Below are positions 21,482-31,759 of a stretch of DNA of 64,000 nucleotides, piece by piece (the first letter of the stretch is position 1; the number at the start of each line of letters is the position of its first letter). Both the position numbers and the translations under genes were made by a program. The notes below the pieces were generated by a model that ran no database searches, was not told the DNA's origin, and saw nothing but the letters and a program-made list of their open reading frames with translations. Origin of the DNA: Daphnia carinata (Eukaryota). The DNA is taken from contig NC_081331.1 in the NCBI RefSeq assembly GCF_022539665.2, forward strand, positions 13,082,001 to 13,146,000. Direction: 5' to 3'.

Positions 21482-22718
21482 TCAGTTCAAGTTGAATAAA
21501 CTGCAAGTTTCTTCATTCGTTGCAGTTTCGGAAAATTTAAAGCAATCCAACTGCTCCCGAAAACCACCATAATCCTCCGGCAAATCTGCCGCATCGACAT
21601 ATTCGTGTAAGGAAGCCCAGCAAGATCCATGGTATAAAACCTTTAACGAAACGAATAGTCAAATTCAGTACTCTTTTATGGATGTAACTTTCAAATCTCG
21701 TTTTTACTCGTTTTTGGATTTTTGCTGATAGGAAAGGCCAAATAATCGACATTAGCATGTCGACGATCCAATTTTGATTTACGATGTGGATGGTTTGAAA
21801 GCTCAACGGAAAGGCTTCCTGTGATATAACGAACATTTACTGTCAGCTGAAAGAAGTCATGAGAAAGGTTTGCATCTACGAGCTAGTAGGACTTGTAAGG
21901 CTTTCGAAAAGATCGGTAGGTTTCATAATTCATTAAATTCAAAGATCCAGTACTGAATTTTGACGGCCAATCCCTTTAAATAGGCAAAGATGTTCGTACT
22001 GTCAACAGATCAGCGATTTTCCTTGCATAGCCGGGCGTAAAATGCCTTGCCTGATGGAGGCTTAAATTTTGGAGATCAACAATGGCAACAATTCCGTTTA
22101 TCTGAACATCGAAATTCGAAGCGAGCTGCTGGAGGCAAAAGACGTTGCAGCGGAAAATGTCGTCGAGGGATAATTTGTTCGGATTCCATCGTCCTAATTT
22201 CACAAAGTAAGTCCCATTACCATTATACAATTAAACGGAGTGATTTTTTACCTGCTCGGAATATGAAAATGCGACGGCCGAGTTTATCCTTGGATTTATA
22301 AACAATCTGTAGCTGTTCTTTCAGTTGAGGACGTAATTTTGATACTGACAAGTTAGCCAATAATTCAGGATAGTTTTTCACCATTTTCAAATAATTCTTG
22401 AGCTATCGTTCAACAAAAGTTAATGACATAGAATTCATTTAATGATTTACTAAAAAAACAATTAAATGTAATAATATTCACCGATTTGAAGGCTCGCTCT
22501 ACGTTGAATTTTCGCGCCCGTAGGAAACACAGCAAGAGTTCTTCACTTATCGGTTGTTCCAAAGTCGATTCTGTCATTTCATAACATCCTGGTCTAGTTA
22601 GACAAAACCGGATTGAATTTCAAGTGAGCATTTTTATACCATCGATGAGTGCACGAAGGCGCATCAATCCGTGTACTTCGTCGATCACAATTCGCTCTCT
22701 TGATATAAGCAGCGACAT
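21482..22718 (-). CDS. CRAL-TRIO (alpha-TTP/clavesin-like) lipid-binding protein B, 6 exons, ~260 aa; tandem paralog of gene A
   Basis: Exons 22718-22640, 22570-22482, 22402-22252, 22193-22000, 21818-21708 and 21640-21482. Motifs: LLLCFLRARKFNVERAF, KDKLGRRIFIFRAGRWNP, QINGIVAIVDLQNLS, EAFPLSFQTIHIVN, IWPFLSAKIQKRVLYHG, DLPEDYGG. Confidence 0.92.
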
Positions 22719-24724
22719 CAGAAATGTAGTCTAGTTCTGTCCAGATGTAAGAAAAACGAGATGAAATTCTTTAATCCAAAAAAAAGATAACGTCATTTTA
22801 TTGAAAAAACGAGCAGTTGTGACGCAAATCAAACACGTGAGGTTAAAAAGAAGCTACAGAAGAGGGATATTGACAGGATGATTGAGAACGAACAACGATA
22901 CCAGGAAAGCCATTGCCTCGATTTTAACTCTTGTTCTTGTTTTGTATTTGGCAACATAATTTTTTTTTTCCTACTGCCTCCCTACGCATCCAATAGTAAT
23001 TCAAATTTAGGTTACTTGACGCAAATGCTGTAAAATGTACCGGACTGTGGATTGAGTTTCAAAGTTAGAAGACCCGATTTTCCCAGCGAAACAAAAACAA
23101 ACAATACAAGAAGAGGGCGATTTCAAAGTCCAATGCGAAGCACGTGAACTAAGCATGAATGATAGACATCGTTTCTATTTTTCAAATGAGGCATGTGCTG
23201 GAACATGTAGTGCTAAAACTTACTTGACAAATTTTCTCGTAAATATTGCTACGTGGACTTAGCCAGCCGGATTTGAGTTGTCAACTGTGTTCAACCACAA
23301 GAACGTGCGAACTACTAATAGCTTCGTCTTCTGCCACTTGTTTGACGCCCTTGAAAAGGCTTTCAGATGCCCCTCTGTTATGTAGCCTTGAAGCGTCTTC
23401 CTTGGTCGCGTGGATACACACGGAAGAACAAGAACCGCCTCTTTTGAGCTTCTTATTTCGTCGCCATCATAATAAAGTTTTCTGCTAATCTGTTCGGATT
23501 CGTATTCGACTCATTTCACGGCACGTCGCTCTTTCCCAGTCCTTGGAAAAGTTCACTATTTTATCGAACACATATGGGAATTGAAGCATTCTCTTGAAAA
23601 AGGGGAATACACAGGCCAGGATTTTAAATTTTACATGATATACAAAATAACATGTTTTTTTTTGCATGTCATTTTCATGTGAATAAGTTTTTAATGCAAG
23701 GATATCATCGCATCGAAGTGAGGATGAATAATTCTTTTATAGGACCCAGCGGTTCACTGGTATCATTTATTATTTTAGTTTCGTTGTTCAATACCATAAA
23801 AGGCATGGACGCGTTGTAACGATATCGAGAGGCATTATGTTAACGTCTCCTAGGTTTATTTTTGTTTCGCATTGGGCGAATCTTTTAAACGAACCGGAGC
23901 GGTTCAAATTTCCACAAACTGAGACCGTCACGTCGCAGTTAGACAAAAAAGTGTTCTGTTCCGGCAGACAGGCGCTGTGAAAATAGCGATGTTCGCGTCG
24001 TGTAGTCTAATCAAAATCAGATGGTCAATACAGTTCGCGACTCGCGTTGGCAATTGCGCAATCATACCGACTTTGACACTCGGTATTTAGTAGCCCTCAA
24101 ATTTATGCTTACGTAGCATCTCGTTTGACGTGTATCGACACCAGTTGGTATGTGCACAAGGAAAAACCAAATAACTCATTAATCGGTGTCGCCCGTAAAC
24201 GCCTTTACCGACGGTTATTATACTGTTCCAACGGCTATTATGCTATCTTTCATTCGACTGGTTAATGGTTGCGAAAATTAGGTCGATTGATATGATAATG
24301 AAGAAACTGAAAGCGTCCTCAGAAGCAATTGAAGCCCGCTATTTAACAGCTTCGCACTTTTTTCAAATAAAAAAGATAATTTTTTTTTCCACAATCGTAT
24401 GAGAAGAAAGCAATGTAGATCTGGACCCTGTCGGTTAAAAGTACCAGTAGGTGTGCGGTTGGGGCATATGGCTCATTTACTCATTATACATCAACATATT
24501 ATCATGTGAAAAAATATTTCCCAGATAGGGGTTTATTGAAGATAAAAAATTAAACATGTCAAACAAGATCCAATCTTGAAGTTTAAATTGAAAAGCAGGC
24601 TGGCTTGAGCTTGATGGACTTGTCGCTAGATGGCGGAAAGATCGAACAATTTTCGATCGCGATGACGGTAAGTCTGATCGGAAATTTGATTTAAAAAAGG
24701 TTTTTGAAAACCAAGCCACTTATG

Positions 24725-26965
24725 GCAATCCGTTTTACACACAAAAAAAAATTTCGCCAAAAAAAAAAAAAAAAATTACACTTTTTTCTTTTTTTCCGAC
24801 ACGTAGCCATCTACCGCTCAGACTCGTTATTACTGGCGTAGGCAATTTCAGTCCATTGGATGCCATTCGCAGTTAGTTCAGGAACGTGGATGGAGAATAA
24901 CGCGTGGCTTGAGGAACAATTGAAAAATGGATAAGATAATACAACAAAAGGATGGTAAGTATCAACATTATTATATTGGTTTTCAATTATTAACTATTGT
25001 TTATTAGATCAAATTGTGAAGCTGCAGGCCCAATTATTGGAACAACACAAAATATTAGATAACAGCAAAGCTAAGGATGGTAAGGCCTAATACGTAATGA
25101 TTCTATTTATTTGCTTTTATTCCTTTGTGTTTTGTAGCTCAAATTTTGAGTCTACAAGCTCAGCTAGGGGAAAAGAACAAATTGGACGGAACAGTTTCCA
25201 AACAGTGAAGGAGGTTTTTCCAAACTCATCCCTAACTGAACATGAGGATGAATTGGCATTAGGCGAACACAGTCAGGTACCTAAACTTTTCAAATAAGAA
25301 TTCAAAATAAGTATAGAATTTTAACAAACAATTATTTATTGTTTAGTTATTCAGTCTACCACCTGACAGTGTGTTAAAGTTAAATTCTGTTAGTGCTGCA
25401 CTAAAAGAATTGTTAGTAATAAGTCCATGCAGCGAAGGAATTGAACAATTGTGGGACTGTATTTGGGCCGAAAATGGGTGTGGTATGGAAACCGAGATAT
25501 GGCATGAGTTCAACATAAAACATGAATTAGGTACTTTTCGGTTTTTTGTCTATCAAAAAAAGTATTTTTAATGCAATTATTTTGCATTCACAGAATTTTA
25601 GTGGAGGATCAAGTCAAGTCTGGAAGTGTTACAGGATGGAAGAGTGAGCCTACAGTTGAAAAACACTGAAAGTGCATTACCATTAAGGTATGAGGTAAAG
25701 TAATAGAGTATGCAAATTGTCTAATGAGAAGTACCATCTTGTGTGAATGAATCCTGTGTAACAGCAATCCTTTATAGTTCTGTCACAGCTAGAGCCTCAA
25801 ATAATTCTGCTTCTCCGGCTAAAGAACAACTTGTCCTTTACGTTCAGAGTGTTGGTGAAGCTGGGTACTTAAATGACCCTAAAGATGTTTCATTTCGTTG
25901 GCATTGCAGCGATGAACATCATACATGGACTTTTTAGGTATGAAAGGAATTTTCTTGAAGATTTTTTGAATTTATGACAAAGTATTTCTCCTGCTTTTTG
26001 CCAACCATGTCTAATCTACAAAAAAAAAATTTATCCAATAGGAAAGGATTTTCAGCATACTGGGAACACAACTATCAACAATGCAACATTCTAGGGGTGC
26101 TATTTTATCATTCAAGAGCCTTATACAATGATTTTCATCTGCAATTTGTATGGTCTTTCCCAAGCTTCTGCCAGAAGTTGAATCTATAAGTCATGTAAGT
26201 CACATGAGCAACAATTGATATGTTTAATGGTGTTGTTTTTCTTTTCTCAATATAGGTTAATAGTAAAATTGGATCTGAAAAGATTCTTGGTTGGGGCAAG
26301 ACACTGAATAAATTGTATTGATCGAATGGATGACATGACATTTCTATACTTAATTTGGATTCCCGAGACGGTATTTTATATTAAAAAAATTGAAGTGCAT
26401 ATCTGGGCTCCCTTCCTTTCCGTAGCCCCGTTTCCCCTTGACTCGTAATAAGCCCGTAGGGGGTCATGCCCCTACTGTACGGTATATATAAAAACAACAT
26501 ATACCGAGGTTTGGAGGGCTCTGGCCGGAAAGGGGACGTGGGGTTCCGCTTAGTCCGATGATGTGTTCACGGAGGGCGACGTGGCTACCCACAAATCCGA
26601 ACTAAAGGTTAATCGCTCCTGTAAAAATGTTCCAAATCTTCAGCTCTTCTTCCGGCTTCTCTTAGCCAATCACCGGGTAATCTCCCCGGTGGGTCAACAA
26701 GGCAGTGTCTCCCCCTGCCTGGGTTGACGGCAACTTTTGAAAGGGCTATTGTGCCTTTTTAAAGTTGCAAAAATAATTGTAATGTGCAGAGAATTGTCAA
26801 TAAAAATTTTTTTTATAAAATGTTTTTTGCAAAATTTGTTGCTTTCATTGTCTGTGTTCACACATTACATGTTATCAACTTTTTTTTTATTTAGCTTGCT
26901 CAATTCATCTTTATTGTTTTTGCCACCGTTGTATCGTTTATCTGTAAGTATTCAACTATTATTTA
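24725..26965 (+). repeat. Left arm of a long inverted repeat (fold-back palindrome)
   Basis: Begins GCAATCCGTTTTACA and is the reverse complement of ~27434-29693 along its whole length, with scattered substitutions and indels. The ORF track shows mirrored ORFs (25371+ vs 28760-, 26135- vs 28079+). The inner boundary is approximate. Confidence 0.95.
24927..26190 (+). pseudogene. Multi-exon coiled-coil protein pseudogene in the left arm
   Basis: GT-AG exons at 24927-24954, 25008-25079, 25138-25276, 25347-25530, 25594-25687, 25778-25937 and from 26042. A 1-nt deletion near 25186 relative to the right arm causes TGA at 25206-25208. Further in-frame TAGs lie at 25599 and 25935. Confidence 0.65.
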
Positions 26966-27025
26966 TTACACTAATACATGGATATTTCCTGAAGTAATTT
27001 TGTATTTGTATATTGTTTTACTGGT

Positions 27026-27084
27026 ATGGGAATCGATCCCCAGACATTCAGCGTGCAACGCCGATGCTCTAACATTGAGCCACG
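27026..27084 (-). pseudogene. tRNA-like unit 1 (degenerate; A-box, anticodon arm with TGC, B-box-like)
   Basis: Minus strand reads TGGCTCAATGTTAGAGCA TCGGC GTTGCAC GCTGA ATGTC TGGGGATCGATTCCCA. No convincing acceptor stem. Confidence 0.6.
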
Positions 27085-27186
27085 AGATATATTTAAATTT
27101 TTTATTATCGCATATCATATGTTATCGTCTAGGATGTTTATGCAGTCTTTCACAACTATATGTTTATCTTTCTATTGCTTTCATAA

Positions 27187-27250
27187 GGTCCATAGCTCTG
27201 TGGTAGAGCATTCAGCTGCGATAACTGTTAACCTGGGTTCAAACCTTAGT
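27187..27250 (+). pseudogene. tRNA-like unit 2 (degenerate)
   Basis: TAGCTCTGTGGTAGAGCA (A-box/D-arm) ... CTGGGTTCAAACCTTAG (B-box/T-arm). The anticodon arm is irregular. Confidence 0.55.
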
Positions 27251-27375
27251 AGATGTATAAAGATCTATATCTAAATGTAGAAAAGTATATTGCAGTATTG
27301 CATTTCAGTTTTATTCAAAGTGTAAATGCAAGTCCGCAAGTGACTAGAAAAAAGCCAACTTGACATTATATGATT

Positions 27376-27434
27376 CATGGCTCATTGGTAAAGCATCGGC
27401 GCGGTATGCCGAACATCCAGGGTTCGATCCCTGA
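27376..27434 (+). pseudogene. tRNA-like unit 3 (degenerate; diverged inverted homolog of unit 1)
   Basis: TGGCTCATTGGTAAAGCA TCGGC GCGGTAT GCCGA ACATC CAGGGTTCGATCCCTG has a perfect 5-bp anticodon stem and T stem, but a 6-nt T loop and no acceptor stem. Confidence 0.6.
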
Positions 27435-29693
27435 ATAATAAATGAATGCTTACAGATAAACGATAAACCAATGGAAACAATGCTTACCATCAAAGGTGGC
27501 ATAAACAATAAAGGTGAAATGAGCAAGCTAAATAAAAAAAAAGTTGATAAATGTAATGTGTGAACACAGACAATGAAAGCAACAAATTTTGCAAAAAACA
27601 TTTTATAAAAAAAATTTTATTGACAATTCTCTGCACATTACAATTATTTTTGCAACTTTAAAAAGGCACAATAGCCCTTTCAAAAGTTGCCGTCAACCCA
27701 GGCAGGGGGAGACACTGCCTTGTTGACCCACCGGGGAGATTACCCGGTGATTGGCTAAGAGAAGCCGGAAGAAGAGCTGAAGATTTGGAACATTTTTACA
27801 GGAGCGATTAACCTTTAGTTCGGATTTGTGGGTAGCCACGTCGCCCTCCGTGAACACATCATCGGACTAAGCGGAACCCCACGCCCCCTTTCCGGCCAGA
27901 GCCCTCCAAACCTCGGTATATGTTGTTTTTATATATACCGTACAGTAGGGGCATGACCCCCTACGGGCTTATTACGAGTCAAGGGGAAACGGGGCTACGG
28001 AAAGGAAGGGAGCCCAGATATGCACTTCAATTTTTTTAATATAAAATACCGTCTCGGGAATCCAAATTAAGTATAGAAATGTCATGTCATCCATCCAATC
28101 AATACAATTTATTCAGTGTCTTGCCCCAACCAAGAATCTTTTCAGATCCAATTTTACTATTAACCTATATTGAGAAAAGAAAAACAACACCATTAAACAT
28201 ATCAATTGTTGCTCATGTGACTTACATGACTTATAGATTCAACTTCTGGCAGAAGCTTGGGAAAGGCCATACAAATTGCAGATGAAAATCATTGTATAAG
28301 GCTCTTGAATGATAAAATAAAACCCCTAGAATGTTGCATTGTTGATAGTTGTGTTCCCAGTATGCTGAAAATCCTTTCCTATTGGATAATTTTTTTTTTG
28401 TAGATTAGACATGGTTGGCAAAAAGGAGCAGAAAAGCTTCATCATAAATTCAAAAATTTTTCAAGAAAATTCCTTTCATACCTAAAGAGTCCATGTATGA
28501 TGTTCATCGCTGCAATGCCAGTGAAGTGAAACATCTTTAGGGCCATTTAAGTACCCAGCTTCACCAACACTGAGCGTAAAGGACAAGTTGTTCTTTAGCA
28601 AGGGAAGCAGAATTATTTGAGGCTTCTAGCTGTGACAGAACTATAAAGGATTGCTGTTATACAGGATTCATTCACACAAGATGGTACTTCTCATTAGACA
28701 ATGTGCATACCCTATTACTTTACCTCATACCTTAATGGTAATGCACTCTCAGTGTTTTTTCAACTGTAGGCTGACTCTTCCATCCTGTAACACTTCCAGA
28801 CTTGACTTGATCCCCTGCTAAAATTCTGTGAATGCAAAATAATAGCATTAAAAATACTTTTTCGATAGACAAAAAACCGAAAAGTACCTAATCCATGTTT
28901 TATGTTGAACTCGTGCCATATCTCGGTTTCCGTACCACACCCATTTTTGGCCCAAATATGATCCCACAATTGTTCAATTCCTTCGCTGCATGGACTTATT
29001 ACTAACGATTCTTTTAGTGCAGCACTAACAGAATTTAAATTTAACACACTGTCAGGTGGTGGACTGAATAACTAAACAATAAATAATTGTTTGTTAAAAT
29101 TTTATACTTATTTTGAATTCTTATTTGAAAAGTTTAGGTACCTGACTGTGTTCGCCTAATGCCAACTCATCCTCACGTTCAGTTAGGGAAGAGTTTTGAA
29201 AAACCTCCTTCAGTGTTTGGAAACTGTTCCATTCCAATTTGTTCTTTTCCCCTAGCTGAGCTTGTAGACTCAAAATTTGAGCTACAAAACACAAATGAAT
29301 AAAAGCAAATAAATAGAATCATTACGTATTAGGCCTTACCATCCTTAGCTTTGCTGTGATCTAATATTTTGTGTTGTTCCAATAATTGGGCCTGCAGCTT
29401 CATAATTTGATCTAATAAACAATAATTAATAAGTGAAAACCAATATAATAATGTTGATACTTACCATCCTTTTGTTGTATTATCTTATCCATTTTTCAAT
29501 TGTTCCTCCAGCCACGCGTTATTCTCTCCATCCACGCTACTGAACTAACTGCGAGTGGCATCCAATGGACTGAAATTGCCTACGCCAGTAATAACGAGTC
29601 TGAGCGGTAGATGGCTACGTGTCGGAAAAAAAGAAAAAAGTGCGATTTTTTTTTTCCGCCACTTTTTTTTTTTTTTTATGTAAAACGGATTGC
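27434..29693 (-). repeat. Right arm of the long inverted repeat
   Basis: Ends TGTAAAACGGATTGC (29693) and is the reverse complement of the left arm. Confidence 0.95.
28818..29492 (-). CDS. Possible intact 143-aa spliced ORF (or truncated pseudogene) in the right arm; coiled-coil N-terminus, no recognised family
   Basis: Five exons (28+72+140+184+8 nt) read MDKIIQQKDDQIMKLQAQLLEQHKILDHSKAKDAQILSLQAQLGEKNKLEWNSFQTLKEVFQNSSLTEREDELALGEHSQLFSPPPDSVLNLNSVSAALKESLVISPCSEGIEQLWDHIWAKNGCGTETEIWHEFNIKHGLEF*. Exon-like segments after the TAG are frameshifted in this arm. Confidence 0.5.
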
Positions 29694-29751
29694 TTGCGGA
29701 TCTAAACAGAACCGACGATTGACGATTTTAAAATGAAAAACCGCGGTTTGC

Positions 29752-29784
29752 CCCGATCAAAGACGATCGGGCCCGAGCCCTAGT
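29752..29784 (+). mobile_element. Possible Helitron-type 3' terminus (GC hairpin + CTAG|T)
   Basis: CCCGATC-AAAGAC-GATCGGG hairpin (29752-29771), an 8-nt spacer, then CTAG (29780-29783) followed by T. No 5' TC end was identified. Confidence 0.3.
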
Positions 29785-31346
29785 TGGCACTTATAAGTTT
29801 TATTTTTTAAATAATTTGCGTTGGTTGTGAAAAATTATGGAATGCTGAAAAATTCGGTTATCTTTAGTAACGATTGAATTATAATACCCAAGCAAGTAAT
29901 TTCTTGCGGGACAGTGAAATCACCCCGGCCCGGTTAGCGACCCACCGTCAAACTGCAATTCAAATGCGTCTTTGATTAAAGTTGTACTCCGTTTTATTTA
30001 AAGGGCAACGTGCTGAGTAAATAAAGGATAGCAATAGCTCCGAGCCAGAGTTTTATCATCCTGTTTCATCTGTTTTAAAACATTAAATAAGCCATTAAAA
30101 AGTTAACGGGTTGCGCGGAAATCCTTGCTAAACAAATACCAGCAGTGTTGTTTTGTTTTTAAACATTAAACTTCAAACCGATACGATGTCTTTTTAACGG
30201 AATTCGTCCCGCAAACTTGGAGTATAGTACTCCGAAGTCCCGTAATAAATTGAGCTCGTGGGCCATCACTAAACCAGTCGTGATCACGCATAACTTGCGG
30301 GCATATGCGCGCGTATCCTAGATACAAATGTAACATATTAGCCAACCAACCTAAAACTTACCTGTGCTGCGCAGTAAAGAATCCAAATATTGGCAGATGC
30401 TTTTCAAGCTGATTCAAAATGATTCAAAACAAACACGACGTTCAAACAACAATAATCACAGCAATTTGTGTTTTCGATACAATTGTGGCGAGTGTATTAT
30501 ATCAACATTCATGTTGTACATAGGTGTCTATCAAACAGCGGTTCCAATAACGCGTAGCGTAGCGAGGAGGTGGGGGGGGGAGAGAGGGACATGGAAATAT
30601 AAAACAAGGTTAAATCAACTGAAAACTCTTTTGCCAAAAAAAAAAAAAAACCAAAAAAACAAAATAAAATTAAAAAAAAAGAGGACGCGTTTAAAGGGAT
30701 AACTGATCAACACAAGGAGGGAAGCTGATTGTCCGCTTAGGGAAAACTGTGGTAGGTTTGTCGTGTTTTGTACGTGCGTGTATGTCTTTTACATCGGGGA
30801 TACAAGGGGGAACGAAGGGGAGGGATCTGTGGCAAAAATTGCTCATTTTCGTGAGAACGAACGGTATAGAACGCAAGATTTTTTGTTTTTCAAGATTCTT
30901 CGTGAATCGCAAAAAAAAAACTAAACAATTTAAACTTTTTCTCGGGAATGACTTCAGCAGTTGTTTTCTATTTAGTGTAAGACACACACAGAGATGGGAT
31001 TCACAATGTAAAACGACGCCATTTAAAACATCGTTAGTAAATCGTATTTGACTTAGAAGAAACTGTGCACCGTGGCCATGCACAACGCAAAAAAAAAAAA
31101 AAAAGGTTTGAATTTAAAAAAAAAAAAAAGAAGAAAACATCAATATAATATTTGCATTCCCAACGGTTCTTGTTTATGTTTTTTTTCGCCATCTTTCTTT
31201 TCCCAGCTTTCTGTCCGTCATTTTCTCTCACTGGGACTGACACAAAAAAAACAAAAAAAACACAGAAGACACACACATCTTTCTAGATGATCGGAACGCG
31301 CATCATACAGTCGGGCAAAAAATATGAAGCAACGGTCTCTTTGGTA

Positions 31347-31377
<31 letters not shown>

Positions 31378-31759
31378 AACAATGAATACGATAAGCCACA
31401 ATCAACAGTGAATGAAAACAAAAAGGAATCAGATAGGAATTGTTACTCCTCTCTCTTTCTCTCTGATATAATCGATGCCTTTTTCGCGTCAAGCTCTTTC
31501 CCGTCCAGGAACGCCAAAGAGAGATAACAAGTTTTGGTTAGAGAGGCAAGTGGGACACACGGGGTGGTGGACGAGAGAGAGCAAAAACGGAAGAAAAAAA
31601 AAAAAAAAGTTAAAGAAACTAAAAAAAAAGAAAAAAAAAAAAAAAAAAAATTACGAATGATCCATCACGTATCAGGAGGTGTGCAATCGTCGTTGAATTC
31701 ATTGGTGAGATATGGTGATACGTCATTTAGAGGTTCTTTGGTTTCCCCCCTTTTGCTGA

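Noticed and set aside
27026..27434. Functional or amber-suppressor tRNAs explaining the shared TAG stops in the arm genes
   Set aside because: No unit has a CTA anticodon, acceptor stems are missing and the T-loops are non-canonical.
27776..27800. CTGAAGA within the hairpin module as a possible hammerhead ribozyme (Penelope-like)
   Set aside because: It is followed by TTTGGAAC rather than a stem II plus GAAA, and no stem III/UH cleavage site could be built.
27655..28020. Hairpin module as RNase MRP/P or telomerase RNA
   Set aside because: AAACGGGGCT resembles the MRP 3' conserved region, but the GAAAGTCCCC partner is absent. TAACCT is too short to call a TTAGG template.
24700..29720. Classical TIR transposon (MULE/hAT/P) with target-site duplication
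   Set aside because: The flanks (...CCACTTATG / TTGCGGATC...) show no direct repeat, and no transposase-like ORF is present.
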